A program made the translations under genes and the position numbers. This document shows positions 1 through 13,887 of a stretch of DNA of 64,000 bases, in pieces. Within the stretch, counting starts at the first letter, position 1; every line of letters begins with the position of its first letter. The notes below the pieces were generated by a model, which was not told where the DNA came from, did no database searches, and worked only from the letters and a program-made list of their open reading frames with translations. The DNA comes from Octopus vulgaris. Lineage: Eukaryota. Where the stretch lies: NCBI GenBank assembly GCA_951406725.2, contig OX597817.1, forward strand, positions 77,376,001-77,440,000, read 5' to 3'.

Positions 1-442
1 ATATACACACACACACTGTCGTCTGCCTTACTTGTCTATCAAGTTATCTGGAAAAAAATTGGAGCTGGGGGAAGGAAAGGGCGGGATCGAATCACTATTT
101 TCCCGTGAGTTGCTATTAACACACATACACGCCCGCGCGTACTATTATACATACAGAAACGTGTGTACATACATACATACATACACACACATCGTTATTT
201 ATTTTCAAGTCAAGCCCTGGTTGAGAAGATATATGATGAAAAGCATTTCCCTCTTGATCACGCCATTTTTTTTTTAGGGCGGCGCGGCGTCATTTGGACT
301 TTCGATGTAAAAGTGTTCAAATCGAACGAAAATCTACACAACTTGAGCACAGCTGTGGGGTATTCATTTTACAGAAACTTTTAGATCTCCACTTTATCTT
401 CTTCAATATTTCAACACACACACATGTGTATCTACCTTTCAT

Positions 443-940
443 TTCTTTTACTTGTTTCAGACATACGACTGCGGCCAGGCTGGAGTACCGCCTGGAAGGA
501 TTTAATCTGGATCTTTTCCTTTTGAACGGCAGTTTTCAACACAATTTCTAGTTAACTAAACACTTTTAAACTTCGTATACTGGTAGAATGTGTCAAAATA
601 AAACATTTTTTTCTCTTGGCTTTCTTGAGAAAATCGTAATTTGTAAGTTTAACGTAGCAAATGATTTTAGCTCAATAGAGGCCATTGATTGGTTAAAATT
701 CGAAAAATTAAACTACGTTAAACTTACAAATTATAATTTTCTCAAGAAAGCCAAGAGAAAAAAAATGTTTTATTTTGACACATTCTACCAGTATACGAAG
801 TTTAAAAGTGTTTAGTTAACTAGAAATTGTGTTGAAAACTGCCGTTCAAAATGAATAGATCCTTTAGTCTTACAAATCAACCCCAGCACTTACTTTTATA
901 AAGCTGGTTTCTTATTCTATCGGTCTCTCTTTTGGCGAAC
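443..940 (-). mobile_element. SINE family A, 3' half, interrupted by the MITE at 509-862
   Basis: Reverse complement of the family A tail (TTTTACTTGTTTCAG...GCGGCCAGGCTGGAGTACCGCC); homology resumes after 862 (CAAATCAACCCCAG...CTTATTCTATCGGTCTC). Confidence 0.8.
509..862. mobile_element. Foldback MITE with GGATC...GATCC termini
   Basis: Near-perfect inverted arms of about 145 bp (509-655, 712-862); flanked by TTTAATCT/TTTAGTCT, an 8-bp TSD with 1 mismatch. Confidence 0.9.
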
Positions 941-1214
941 CTGCTCGGCTTCTAGCAAAGGCATATAGCGCTAGGCTTTGAGCGAGCTATGAAATGAGTA
1001 GATTCGTTCGTTTGCATCTGAGTTATTAATACACGGCTGGTTGAGGCCGCCTTGCTGTTTTCAACGTTTTTAGTTTAGTTTTTGTTCCTTCTTAGAATTT
1101 AAGTCTTTGATTTATAACCAGGACACTCCGGGGCATTTCAGTGCCAAACGAATCAAATCTAACCGCCAAACAAGAAACCAGGACAAACTCTTCAACCAAG
1201 GGTATATGGTAAGT

Positions 1215-1276
<62 letters not shown>

Positions 1277-1420
1277 TCAGCCAAAATTGCAAAGATAATC
1301 TGGTATTCGACTGAGGAAAGACTCCGAATGACCCGTCCTTGTTTTCTTTGTATCGTCTATCTGGATGTTTTGTTGTCCCTTTTTTGTATCTAACTGTCTG
1401 GATGTTTTGCGTTCTTGTCC
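1277..1420 (+). mobile_element. Penelope-like terminal-repeat fragment within (TA)n
   Basis: Flanked by TA tracts; has a degenerate hammerhead-like core CTGAGGA-AAGACTC-CGAAT at 1311-1329. Confidence 0.35.
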
Positions 1421-1421
1421 C

Positions 1422-1452
<31 letters not shown>

Positions 1453-1538
1453 GGTCCCGGGTTGATTCGGGGTTAACCACAGTAAATAAGGTACTCAATA
1501 CATAGCAGAGTAAAATTAATTTATTATGTAGAAGCTCC

Positions 1539-1574
<36 letters not shown>

Positions 1575-2005
1575 GCGTGAATATACATGAGAGAGAGAGA
1601 AAGAGAGTGTGTGTGTGTGTGTGAGTGTAAACTTTACATACTGACATAGGAGGTTGAAGTTTGATCCCAACGCGTGGCACCTTTTATTATAGCTTCGGGT
1701 CGACCCCTGTCAATGTTAGACGAAAACTGATCCACATTGCCCTGCCCCACGTCCGACAGACTGCACCCGAAATTTAAAGGGCCACTTTTGTTATATGCCG
1801 TGTCACACAGATTTCACTGGAGAATTACGTCATGAGAAGACGAGCTTGTGGTATATTCTACCAGTTACACGTCAATTCCTTGAACAGGTAACTGAGCCGG
1901 TCCAGTAACGAAATGATCGATCAACGTCGGGGCCGACGAAGGTCCATTTATACCCACGCATATCCCGTGGATGATGACCGTATGTGAACAGGCATATGTG
2001 CGCGC

Positions 2006-2230
2006 GAGCTGGCAGAAACGTTAGCACGCCGGGCGAAATGCTTAGCGGTATTTCGTCTACCATTACGTTGTGAGTTCAAATTCCGCCGAGGTCGACTTTG
2101 CCTTTCATCCTTTCGGGGTCGATAAATTAAGTACCAGTTACGCACTGGGGTCGATGTAATCGACTTTAATACCTATGTCTGTCCTTGTTTGTCCCCTCTG
2201 TGTTTAGCCCCTTGTGGGTAATAAAGAAAT
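2006..2230 (+). mobile_element. SINE family B, tRNA-derived, near full length, tail type 1
   Basis: A-box-like GAGCTGGCAGAA and B-box GAGTTCAAATTCC; central GCCTTTCATCCTTTCGGGGTCGATAAATTAAGTACC; perfect 16-bp TSD AGGCATATGTGCGCGC at 1990-2005 and 2231-2246. Confidence 0.93.
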
Positions 2231-2278
2231 AGGCATATGTGCGCGCATGTCATACCGATGTTTGTTATATATAGTAAC

Positions 2279-2654
2279 GACTGTGTGGTAAGAAGCTTGC
2301 TTTTCAACCACATGGTTAAGGGTTCAGTCCGACAGCGTGGCACCTTGGGCAAGTGTCTTCTACTATATCCTCGGGTCGACCAAATCCTTGTGACTGGATT
2401 TGGCAAACAGAAACTGAAAAAAAAACCGTCGTGTATGTGTGTGTGTGTGTCTTTGACAACCGGTGTTGGTGTGTTTACGTCCCCGTACCTTAGCGGATCG
2501 GCAAAAAGAAAAAAAGAAGGATAGAATAAATACTAGACTTCGGAGAAAGGAAAACAAAAAGTCCTGAGGTCGATTTGTTCGACTAAAACTCTTCAAAGCG
2601 ATGCTCCAGCATGGCCGCAGTCAAATGACTGAAACAAGTAAAAGAATAAAAGAA
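2279..2654 (+). mobile_element. SINE family A
   Basis: tRNA-like head (GTGTGGTAAG...GGTTCAGTCC), GGCACCTTGGGCAAGTGTCTTC block, internal (TG)n, tail GGCCGCAGTCAAATGACTGAAACAAGTAAAAGA. Confidence 0.9.
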
Positions 2655-2674
2655 TATATGTGCGCGCGAGTAAG

Positions 2675-3074
2675 CGCGGTTGTGTTAAGAAGCTTGTTTC
2701 GCAACCATGTGTTCTTGGGTTCAGTCCTATTACGCAGCACATTGGGCGAAGTGTCTTCTACGATGGCTCCGGACCGGCGAAGGACTTGTGAGACGGAAAC
2801 TGAAAGAAGCCCGTCGTTTATATTTATGTATATACATGTGTGTGTGTGTGTACTTGTCTGTGTGTTCGTGTTTGTCCCACTTCACTTGAGAACCACTGTT
2901 GGTTTGCTTATGTCCCCGTAACTTAGCGGTTCGGCAATAGAAAGACCGACAAAATAAGTACCAAACGTTTTCTCTTTTTAAAAAAAGTCCTGGAGTCGAA
3001 TACTTTAATTACAACCCTTCAATGCAGTGCCCCAGCATGGTCGCAGTTCCAATGACTTGAAAGAAGCAAAAGAT
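2675..3074 (+). mobile_element. SINE family A, older copy in tandem with the previous one
   Basis: Same module order as 2279-2654, more diverged. Confidence 0.85.
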
Positions 3075-3846
3075 TAAAAAAAAAAACCATAAAAGTCCAC
3101 GCGCGCGCGCGTGCATTCTGTATGTATAAGCGTGTTAACTTAGATATATATGAATTATATCAATACAGCACACACACACACAGACACACACACGAACAAA
3201 ATATACGGAATCTATATATGTGTATGTGTGTGGTTTTGGGGTGTCAATGGCCTCATTTATTTAATTTATTATTATATTTTACTTTTAATTATAAAAAAAA
3301 AGGAAAAATAATAACAACATACAAAAAGCTTTAAGTGAAACGATAAGTTTTGTAAAAGACGTCACTCGCTCCTTCCATGCACATTGCCCAGCATGAGCGA
3401 GATTTGATAAGAGACTGGTCTATATTTAGTAAGCTAATCTATAAATAACTATAAATACAGACGAACCAGCGACAGGACACATCCTACGTGTTTGCTAGGC
3501 CCGCTAGAAACAGCAACTAAATATTTTCCCTGATGAACTTACGAAGGACAGTTCACATTGGATAATGAAAACCCGATATAAAATATATAGGAAAACGGAA
3601 AAAAAAAAAGTTGAATTCTTTTGAACAATGGGTCTCTGTAAAATTAATTTGGTGCTAAACATCCCATCAGGAACTTTTGTCCCTCAATCACATAGTGGAA
3701 CCAACGAAGGCGACGGTATGTGGTCACACGATCTGCGAGAAATAACAACCAAATTTCCCTCATCGTACCCAACTGTTTCAGAAAAGAAAGAATTGCATTG
3801 GATTCTGTTGTTCTGGAGAGCAATAAACACACACACACATACACAT

Positions 3847-4045
3847 TCTTTTATTGGTTTGTTTCAATCATTTGGCTGCGGCCATGGTGGAGCACCGCCT
3901 TTTAGTCGAAGAAATTGACCCCCAGGACTTATTCTCTGTAAGCCTAGTACTTATCCTAATCGATCTCTTTTGTTGAACCGCGAGTTTACAGGGACGTAAA
4001 CACACCACCATCGGTTATCAAGCGATGGTGGGTGGGACAAACACA
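3847..4045 (-). mobile_element. SINE family A, 3' half
   Basis: Reverse-complement tail and central domain. Confidence 0.8.
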
Positions 4046-4644
4046 TGTAAAGGCATACACACACGTGTGTGTGTGTGTGTGTATTGATAGATAGATAGAT
4101 AGAATCGTGTTATTATTTTGCGGTGTCTGTACATATATATATATAGAGAGAGAGATGTCTTTATATCTGTGCGTTGTGTATGTATGTATGTATGTATGTA
4201 TGTATGTATGTATGTGTATATATATATATATAATTTGAATAACGTGAGCAGGAGTGCGGCCGCCCTAGAATGTTTTTGTTTTTAATCAATTTACGTATAA
4301 ATGTATGACAGCGTGTGTATGTGCGCGCGCAAGTATGCATGCGTGTGTGTGAGTGGGTGTTGAGTGAGTGCACGCGCGTGTGTATGAGTATAAGCGCAAG
4401 TGCAAGTTAGTGTATATTTATGTTTAGAACACTCTTAAACTGAAAACAGAAATTGTGTTGATCATATCGTGCCCCTTTAACTGCCGCAACTTTAGTAAAT
4501 ACCAGACGAAGGAGGGCGGCGGGGTGTGGAAATGGAAAGTGCTTCCAAGCCTGATATAACTGGCACTTGCAGATGCATCCCCCAGAAAAACCGCAATCCG
4601 ATGAGGAACCAACTAAGGAATAGACACACATACATATATACAAA

Positions 4645-4678
<34 letters not shown>

Positions 4679-4720
4679 TTACATAAATGCATTAAATGTA
4701 TATACATATACATATATATA

Positions 4721-4971
4721 GGCGCAGGAGTGGCTCGGTGGTAAGTAGCTTGCTTACCAACCACATGGTTCCGGGTTCAGTCCTACTGCGTGGCACCTTG
4801 GGCAAGTGTCTTCTACTATAGCCTCGGGCCGACCAAAGCCTTGTGAGTGGATTTGGTAGAGGGAAACTGAAAGAAGCCCGTCGTCTGCTTCCATTTCCTG
4901 AGCGCCTATTAATAATAATACTGTAATTGTTCCATTGTTGTTGTTTTTTTGTTTCCCGTTTGGATTAAAAT

Positions 4972-5003
<32 letters not shown>

Positions 5004-5191
5004 CGTGTATGTTTGTGTTTGTCCCCCTAGCATTGCTTGACAACCGATACTGGTGTGTTTATGTCCCCGGCAAAAGAGACCGATAGAATAAGTACTGGGC
5101 TTACAAAGAATAAGTCCCGGGGTCGAGTTGCTCGACTAAAGGCGGTGCTCTAGCATGGCTGCAGTCAACTGACTGAAACAAGTAAAAGAGT
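4721..5191 (+). mobile_element. SINE family A, full length, with foreign insert at ~4885-4972
   Basis: Starts GGCGCAGGAGTGGC. The insert TTCCTGAGCGCCTATTAATA resembles the minus-strand element at 58365-58560. Confidence 0.9.
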
Positions 5192-5215
5192 ATACAAATA
5201 CACACGTACACACAT

Positions 5216-5279
<64 letters not shown>

Positions 5280-6355
5280 TCTCAGAGGGGATGAAGCATA
5301 AGGGGAATAAACACAAGTCTGTGTATGTGTGTGTGTGCGCGCGCGCGTAAATTATATATACATTTTACATATACATATATGCACACATGCATATTCATTA
5401 TACATACGTGCATATTCATTTCACATACATATATATGTGTGTGTGTATACATTTGCATACCTGCATACATACACATATATATATATGCGTATACATGATG
5501 GATATGTTATACATTATATACACGTATGTGTCTATATATGAGTGTATGCATGTATGTATGTATATCTATGTATGTGTGAATGAATGTATGTATGTATGTA
5601 TGCATGCATGTATGTATGTGTGAGTGAATGTACGTATGTGTGAGTGAATGTATGTATGTGTGTGTGTATGTATGTATGTGTGTGTGTATGTATGTGTATG
5701 CGTATGTATGTATGTGTGTGTGTATGTATGTGTATGCATGTATGTATGTATGTATGTATGTATGTGTGAGTGAATGTATGTATGTGTGTTTATGCCGGTC
5801 GCCTGGGGTTTTTAGCTCCTTGTCTGCGTTACCATATTACCAACCGTAATATACTACAGCTCCTTCGATGGCTGGGTCGTGGGCGACTCGATAGACAGCA
5901 GCCCCCGTCTGCATCGCTCCCTCGGAGGTTTTAAAAAGGGGGTTGGCGGTGTAACCCGACAGGAGTGAAAATAACAGCTGTCAAAGAAAGGCATAGCGCA
6001 AACTCTCTCATTTGTCCCTTCACACGCACACAGAGAAAAAGGCATCAAGCCAAAAACGTGACAGACTTGCATCACGCCGGTATTTCTCTGCATTTGCTCA
6101 GGCCGCCACCTTTCGTCTCGACAAAACCGTGCCAGCGAGGAAAAAATAAAAAAGGACGGGGGGATGGGGTTGCGCGTTGAAGACCAAACACTTCAGGGAC
6201 TGAACTTGTAATTCTTTTCTTCCGGTTCTCTAATCAAATTCACTTGCGATTGGCCCTAGGGTGATGAAGAAAGTTTGGAAGCATCATCATCGACAAAGGA
6301 TAAATGCAATATACATGCACACACTCACACACTTATATCGCGTTATATATATATG

Positions 6356-6518
6356 TTACGTTCTGAGTTCAAATTCCGCCGAGGTTGACTTTGCCTTTCA
6401 TCCTTTCGGGGTCGATTAAATAAGTACCAGTAACGCACTGGGGTCGATGTAATCGACTTAATCCGTTTGTCTGTCCTTGTTTGTCCCCTCTATGTTTAAC
6501 CCCTTGTGGGTAGCCAAG

Positions 6519-6521
<3 letters not shown>
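6356..6521 (+). mobile_element. SINE family B, 5'-truncated, tail type 1
   Basis: Matches 2066-2230. Confidence 0.88.
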
Positions 6522-6565
<44 letters not shown>

Positions 6566-6657
6566 CGCACATACATACATACATACATACATACACACAC
6601 ACACATACATACACACACACATACATACACATACAACATACACCCATGGTATATGTA

Positions 6658-7024
6658 CGTGGCTGTGTGGTAAGAAGCTTGCTTCCCAACTGCAAGGTTC
6701 CAGGCTCAGTCCCACTGCGCGAGCACTTTGGCCATATATCTTCTACTTTAGCTGAACAAAGCCTTGCGAGTGGATTTGAAAGATGGAAACTTAAAGAAGC
6801 CTGTCGTATATACGGTACATACCTATGTGTTTGTGTGTGTGTGTGTGTGTGTCTTTGTATCTGTGTTAGCCCCCTACCACCGGTAACTTAGCGGTTCGGT
6901 AAGAGGCCGATAGAATAATTACCGGGTTTAGAAATAAGTATTGGAATCAATTCGTTCGCCTAAAATTCTCCCGGGCGATGCCCAAGCATGGCCGCAGTCT
7001 AATGACTGAAACAAGTAAAAGATA
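6658..7024 (+). mobile_element. SINE family A
   Basis: Head, core and tail as in other copies. Confidence 0.85.
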
Positions 7025-10000
7025 ATGCGTGTATGTGTGTTTGTGTGCGTGTGTGTGTGCGTTTATCTGTTCGATCAACAGAAATATCTAGTCATTGAAC
7101 TTTAATGTGTATGACCGAGTATGCCACAGAAACTTATATCCTTAATGTAATCCCCCAGACAGAATCAGACCTAGCCAGACACATTGCATACATAATGAGA
7201 CTGACTCTCTTTGGGTTATACGATAAAACCTGTCCGGTAGGCCTCCGGCCAGTTCACTACGTAGTGGCAGAGACCGAACTTAAAAGTTCGCTTCTCAGCT
7301 AACTATACATTCAGAAAAGAACTTTTAAAAGTACGCGACCAGATCCTAATAAAGAGTTAAACCTCACGAAGCACATGCTAAGGGTACCGAAAAAGAAAAA
7401 TCGGTGGGGTTACTGCAAACTTTTTTTCTCATGTCTGATTTACCCTGGTACAAAAGGAGAACTTATAATTCTTTTCAGTTCACTAAAGTGTTAATCAAAA
7501 ATTCTTTTAATATGCACACACACACACGCCCGTTACTCTAGTTTTGTAAGTAATTAACTTATTTATATAACATGCTGTTAATTAATGTTTAATAAATGAC
7601 AGAGAACAAAATTAATGTAAAATATATAATGTAAAGTATAAATATTTAATATATCTATTGGGTCTGACTCGGATGAGGGTCTGAAAGAAAATACTCAATT
7701 TTTAATATATTTCACAATCAGCATTTTTTATAGATCAATGCCTCGGCATTTAGACCACAATAAAACGGTCGAAGAGGGCAACATTTTTGGAATGAGCATA
7801 GGGCAATCAGTTACCCATAATTTAGACCTTCATACAGCTATGTGATTGTCTGTGATCAAAGGCGTTCCAGCCTGTACCATCTCTCATTTCTTGTTTTAAA
7901 TGAAGGTGTGCTTCGCTATTGTTTTTATATTTTGTTTATATTTATTTTTTTGGTGAGGACGATGCAATGTATGATCTGACTGCTATTTTCAGCACTTTGC
8001 ACAACTACATTGAAGAGTAGTTCGCATTCAGCGACAGTCGAATGAAAGAGAAAAGAAAACCAATTAGGTTCCCTCTCCGTGGGATGGAGAAGGACGAAAC
8101 ACGGATTTTACTAAGATTGAATTGATCCCATAAAAACGAGAGGGTTTCGAGAGGAACTTGAACTCGGATAGGCAAATCCAGGAAATTATGCTACTTGGTG
8201 TGTGCGTGCCTGTGTGTAGGGGAGAGTCCTGCTTCGCGGTTGCATGACTTCTAGAAACAGCAGCCAACTCCCCCTCAAATCATTCCAGTGGAGTAGCTAG
8301 TAAGTACTGCCCCTCCCCCCACCCCACAATCTATACAGTCTTACGCAGCAAACCCAAAAGTACCGCCCCCACAAAAATCGCCTGGGGGAGGGCCGCCCCA
8401 TCGCCCCTCGCTGTCTACCTTTTTTTAAATCACACCCATGCTGCCCTTAAAAGTGGGAAATAACACACTGGAAAATATGGTTCTAGATGCAGCATATGTA
8501 AATGTAAGACGGGATGGTCATAGATGGGGTGCCTTTGACCCAGGTCTAGACAACAACAACAACAACAACTTCGTAAACAATATAGATTATTAACAAGCTC
8601 ACCGCCGCTCGAGCTCTCAATTCGCCCCGTCAATAATAACGATAGTGTTTATTATATTCGCTTTGCATTTGTTTTGGGGTTCGAATTCCATCGAGGTCAG
8701 CTTTATATTTCAACCTTCCCTTCAAGAGTGTGCATGTGTGGAGGGGTGGAGTGTCCACAAAACAAAGTATCAGTCACGAAATATTTGGGTTGTTTTTTTT
8801 TTTGTTTGTTTGTTTGTTTTTTTTTAGAGAAAAAAAAAACCGACTTTTATAACACATAATACGAGTCACAGGAATATGCGATGTTCATGCCTTTCCGATC
8901 AAGAAAATATTATTTCTAAATTAGGTACAGTATTAGAAATTTAGGATGAGCGTATACGATGATGAAGTCAACCTAGTTCTTGACTTTGTTAGTAACCCTT
9001 ATCTCTGTGACAGACTTCTGGAGGAATCTGAAGTCAGAACGTGAAGAACCAGAATAAGCGCCGCAAGGCATTTTGTTCGACGCTCTGATGATTTTACCAA
9101 ACCAGTGCAGTTAATAGTTTAATACAATAATTTTTTTAAAAATTAAGGTACAAACCCAGTAATTTGCGGGCAGGGTTCATCGATTAAAAATCAACCCCAG
9201 TACTTGACTGGTACTTTATTTTATCACCCCCACCCCGCAATACTAACTAGCACTTTCTTTTATTGGCATCGAAAGGGGGAAAAGCAAAACTGACTTTGGC
9301 GGGATTCGAACTCAGAACGTAAAGAGTCGGAACAAATAACTAAAGGCAATTTTTGTCTTTGCGCTCTGACCATTGGAAGACCAATCCACTATAATAATTG
9401 CTATGATGACGTTGATGATTTCAAGAAGTCGCACACACACACACACATTTAGGGAATAAGTTAAAAGACAGTAGATATTACTGGTACTTAGTATAAGGGA
9501 TAAAAGGTAAAGTCGACCACAGTAGATTCAGAGTCAGATGTCGCACTCAAAATAAAATTATAACCCCTGTGCACGAGCCAACGGAAAGTGCCTCTATGCA
9601 GTCCCACAATCTGCTGGAGATAGTAGCCAAATCTTTTTCAAATTACACCCTGCCGACTTGAAAACAATCGGATACATTAAGATAATGGAAATCCTAGATA
9701 CACGATGCTTGAGAGAGAGTGGGAGGGAGAGAGGTCCCGACTGGAGCGCATAAGATCATTAATGTGCTTGGTCAGGGTTCACTTAGGGCTAAACAACGAA
9801 ATACTTATAAGTTATTCAAATCTAAGTCTGGCGCTAGTCATCTCACCACCGTAGGACAGCAATTTTTGAAGGAACGAAGGAGGGAGGGATCAGACCCACG
9901 TACTTGACTGGTACTTAATTTTATTGATCCTGGCGAGACGTAAAACAAAGAAACAAAAATAAAAAATTTTAAAATGAGGCAAAGCTAACTTGGGGCTTCA

Positions 10001-10290
10001 GGGACAGTTTTTGATAGAGCGAGGTGATCGGTCGGATTGTGCGCGGAATGGGAAAAAAAAAAAGCGGTCCACGTTGAGAAGTGGGAAAATAATGGATGGG
10101 AGGGGATGGATAAATAAATATTTCAGCGTTTTTTTTTTTTCTTCTTTTAAATCAATGTAGAGTTGTGTATTATATATACAGAAACAAAATCACAGTAAAC
10201 AACTTGAAATACATACACATCTGCATTTATAAATCTCTCTCGCTATTTATGTATATATATATAGAATACATATAGAAATTTATAGATACC

Positions 10291-10341
<51 letters not shown>

Positions 10342-11323
10342 TGTGTGTAGTGATATAAGTGTTAGCGGGTGTGCAGGTATGCGTACATGTGTGTGTGTCT
10401 ATTTATAAAATATAAATTTAGAATACTCACGGTGTTTTAAGGTAAGACAAATAATAACAGGAACTCCTCCAGATTTCATATAAACTTAGTCGATCTGTGT
10501 ATAATATATACTATATACATATAGAAAGTGTATATATGTATATAGATATATGTATTTATATATAAGGCGTTAAATTAACGTCGTGAAGACGGTAACAAAC
10601 CAGTTAAACATAGAAAATATATTAATATATGCAATTGAAATATGTATATATATACATGTATGTATATATATATATGTTTGTGTGTGTAATTAAGATATAT
10701 ATTATATAATATATATTTATATGTATTTACATGGAAAAGATTACGAGTCAAGGAAGAAAAATCCAATGCGATTAAAAGAAACAGCCAAGGAATCCGTCCG
10801 TGTCCGGTCAGAATGTAAAGCGGTCTGAGAAATACTGATGCAAAGTTGGCAATGAGACGTCGCCTTAGTGATGCTGGTTCTACAGAGTTGGTACGAACCG
10901 ACGTGTGTGTTTGTATGTGTACATGTTATGTATGTCTATGTGCGAGAGCGTGTGTGTCTGTCTGTGTCTGTGTGCGCGCGTGTGGCTTCCTATGTTCGTG
11001 TGTGCGCGCATATGACTGCCAGTGCCCGACTGAATGATGTGTGAGTGAGTGACTGAGTGAATGTGAGTGTCTGTGTGTGTGTACAAATCTTGGTTTCGTT
11101 GTAGTGTGAGTGAATGAGTGAGGGAGTGAGTGAGTGCGTGTGAGAGTGAATCTCTGAGTATGTGTGTGTGTGTGTGTGTGTGCGCGCGCATGTGTATGTT
11201 TGTGTGCGTGTGTGTGCGCCAGAGCGACTGAATGTTTGTGTGTGGCGTAATCGCTCGCGCCTGCGCGCGTGTACGTGTGTCTTGCGGGTATATACAAGAT
11301 GTAAAGTGAATGTACGTGATTGC

Positions 11324-11364
<41 letters not shown>

Positions 11365-11850
11365 GTATATATAATGTATATATAAACTGCTGGCGGTGTA
11401 TATTGTGCAGTTTGTGTGTGTGTGTGTATATGTATCTATGTGTGTGTGTGTGTGTGTCTGTGGATGCGGTATGTATATCTGGAATTGCGTATATGTGTTG
11501 TATAACCGTCCGTGATATGTATACATATAATAACTGCTAGAGTTGTTACTCTTTAGTGCTGATGGCGGCGACGGCGGCGATGGCGGCGACGGCGGCGATG
11601 GTGGTGGCGGCGGCGATGGTGGTGATGGTGGAGATAAATGTGTGGTGTGGGGGGGACGCAGTGGAGGTAGTTGAGTTGCTGCTGCTGCTGTTATTGTGAG
11701 AATACGAATCTGTATTTTGTGCATACGTATACATGTGTGTATAAGATATATACATACAAAACACACATATACGCATACTCATACAAACATAGGTATAATG
11801 TATATATGTATATTATGTATATACATTTATATATAAATATATATATACAC

Positions 11851-12258
<408 letters not shown>

Positions 12259-12516
12259 CATATATATTGCTTGTTTCTGTTATTATATTGATATAAAGGT
12301 TAGTTGTATGAGAGGATGAGGTTGTTTTTAATGAAGAATAAGTGTAGATAAACTACCTGTGTTTTTTTTTCTTTATTATCAGTAACAGCAATAATTATTT
12401 AAATGAAATGTTTGCGTATGTTTATACACCCCGCCACACACACACACACACACGCACATATATGATCATAGGTAAATAAACATGTGCATTTCGGTATGCA
12501 CACGTCTAAACAAGAG

Positions 12517-12553
<37 letters not shown>

Positions 12554-12586
12554 CACACGCATATATATATATATATATATATATGC

Positions 12587-12625
<39 letters not shown>

Positions 12626-12969
12626 CACACGCATATATATATATATATATATATATTGTGTGTGTGTGTGTGTGTGTGTGTATCGGTAACAGGATTCAAA
12701 CAGGAATTCAAAAATTAATAAAGTTAATTACGGCTATATAGATATAGAATGAATAAAACAAAACGGTATTAGAGAATGTGTGTGAATGTACACACAAATA
12801 TGTATATATGTATATGTATGTATGTATGTATGTATGTATGGGTGAAATATCTATAAACATTGTATGTAAATATAAGCACACACACACACACACACACGTG
12901 TGTGTATGGTATTTATAAATATATATATTTATTTATATATATATATATATATATAACATAAGGAATTAT

Positions 12970-13007
<38 letters not shown>

Positions 13008-13079
13008 GTGCGCGCGCACTCACAAACACACACACAGCCCGCAGAGTAAAGTCAAGAGGTACTTTACTCTAACAACACT

Positions 13080-13123
13080 ACCAACAACAATAACAATAGC
13101 AATAATAATTACAGACGACGGCA

Positions 13124-13163
<40 letters not shown>

Positions 13164-13393
13164 GCAGGTTTGCTTTATAGTAGTACAATAAAATTGTGGT
13201 AAAAAGTAAGGAGAGAGAGAGAGAGAGAGAGAAGAAAAGAAAACAACAACTGCACTGATATATGAACATCAATAATAACAACAGCAAGCTTGTTTGGTCT
13301 GTTGGCCAGTTGTGTTTTGATCAGAGGAGCTTGCTGTCGATGTAAGTGAGACGGCTGACGTTGCTGTTGTTGTTGGTGGTGGTGGTGTTGGTG

Positions 13394-13425
<32 letters not shown>

Positions 13426-13650
13426 GGTGCTAGTGTTGGCGGTGATTGGTGCTGGTGGTGATATTGGTAGTATTGCTGCTGCTGCTGCTGCCACTACTAC
13501 TATTACTACTACTACTACTACTACTACGACTATTACGTTTGTTGTAGTTGTGGCAGCTAGCCCTCTATAATGATGATGATGATAATGATGATGATGGTGA
13601 TGGCGGAGTGAGGATTTGGTGGTGGTGGTGGCGGCGGCGTCGGCGGCATT
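13080..13650. repeat. Compound triplet-repeat region (CAA, GAT, GGT, GTT, GCT, ACT)
   Basis: Directly visible; no recognisable protein in any frame. Confidence 0.85.
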
Positions 13651-13856
13651 GGTGGCAGCGAAGGCCACTCGAGATGCACAAACAGGACAGGATAGACAGA
13701 CAAGAAAAGGTGAGCGGACAGACGAAAACAGCTGGGAAAGACAGCAGCAAAACAAATAAATAAATAAATAAAAGGAAGGACGGACGGACGGACGGTAGGA
13801 AGGAAGGGTGAATATGAAAGGTGAATGAAGACGAATGCATATATGTACATCAGTAT

Positions 13857-13887
<31 letters not shown>

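Noticed and set aside
2173-2921. Recurrent peptides such as GYSRRHLPKVPR and CHAVGLNPEPCGW
   Set aside because: Chance frames through SINE A copies, not a protein family.
4721-4795. tRNA genes (also 2006-2090, 61704-61769)
   Set aside because: A/B boxes continue into SINE bodies or are truncated; no complete cloverleaf could be built.
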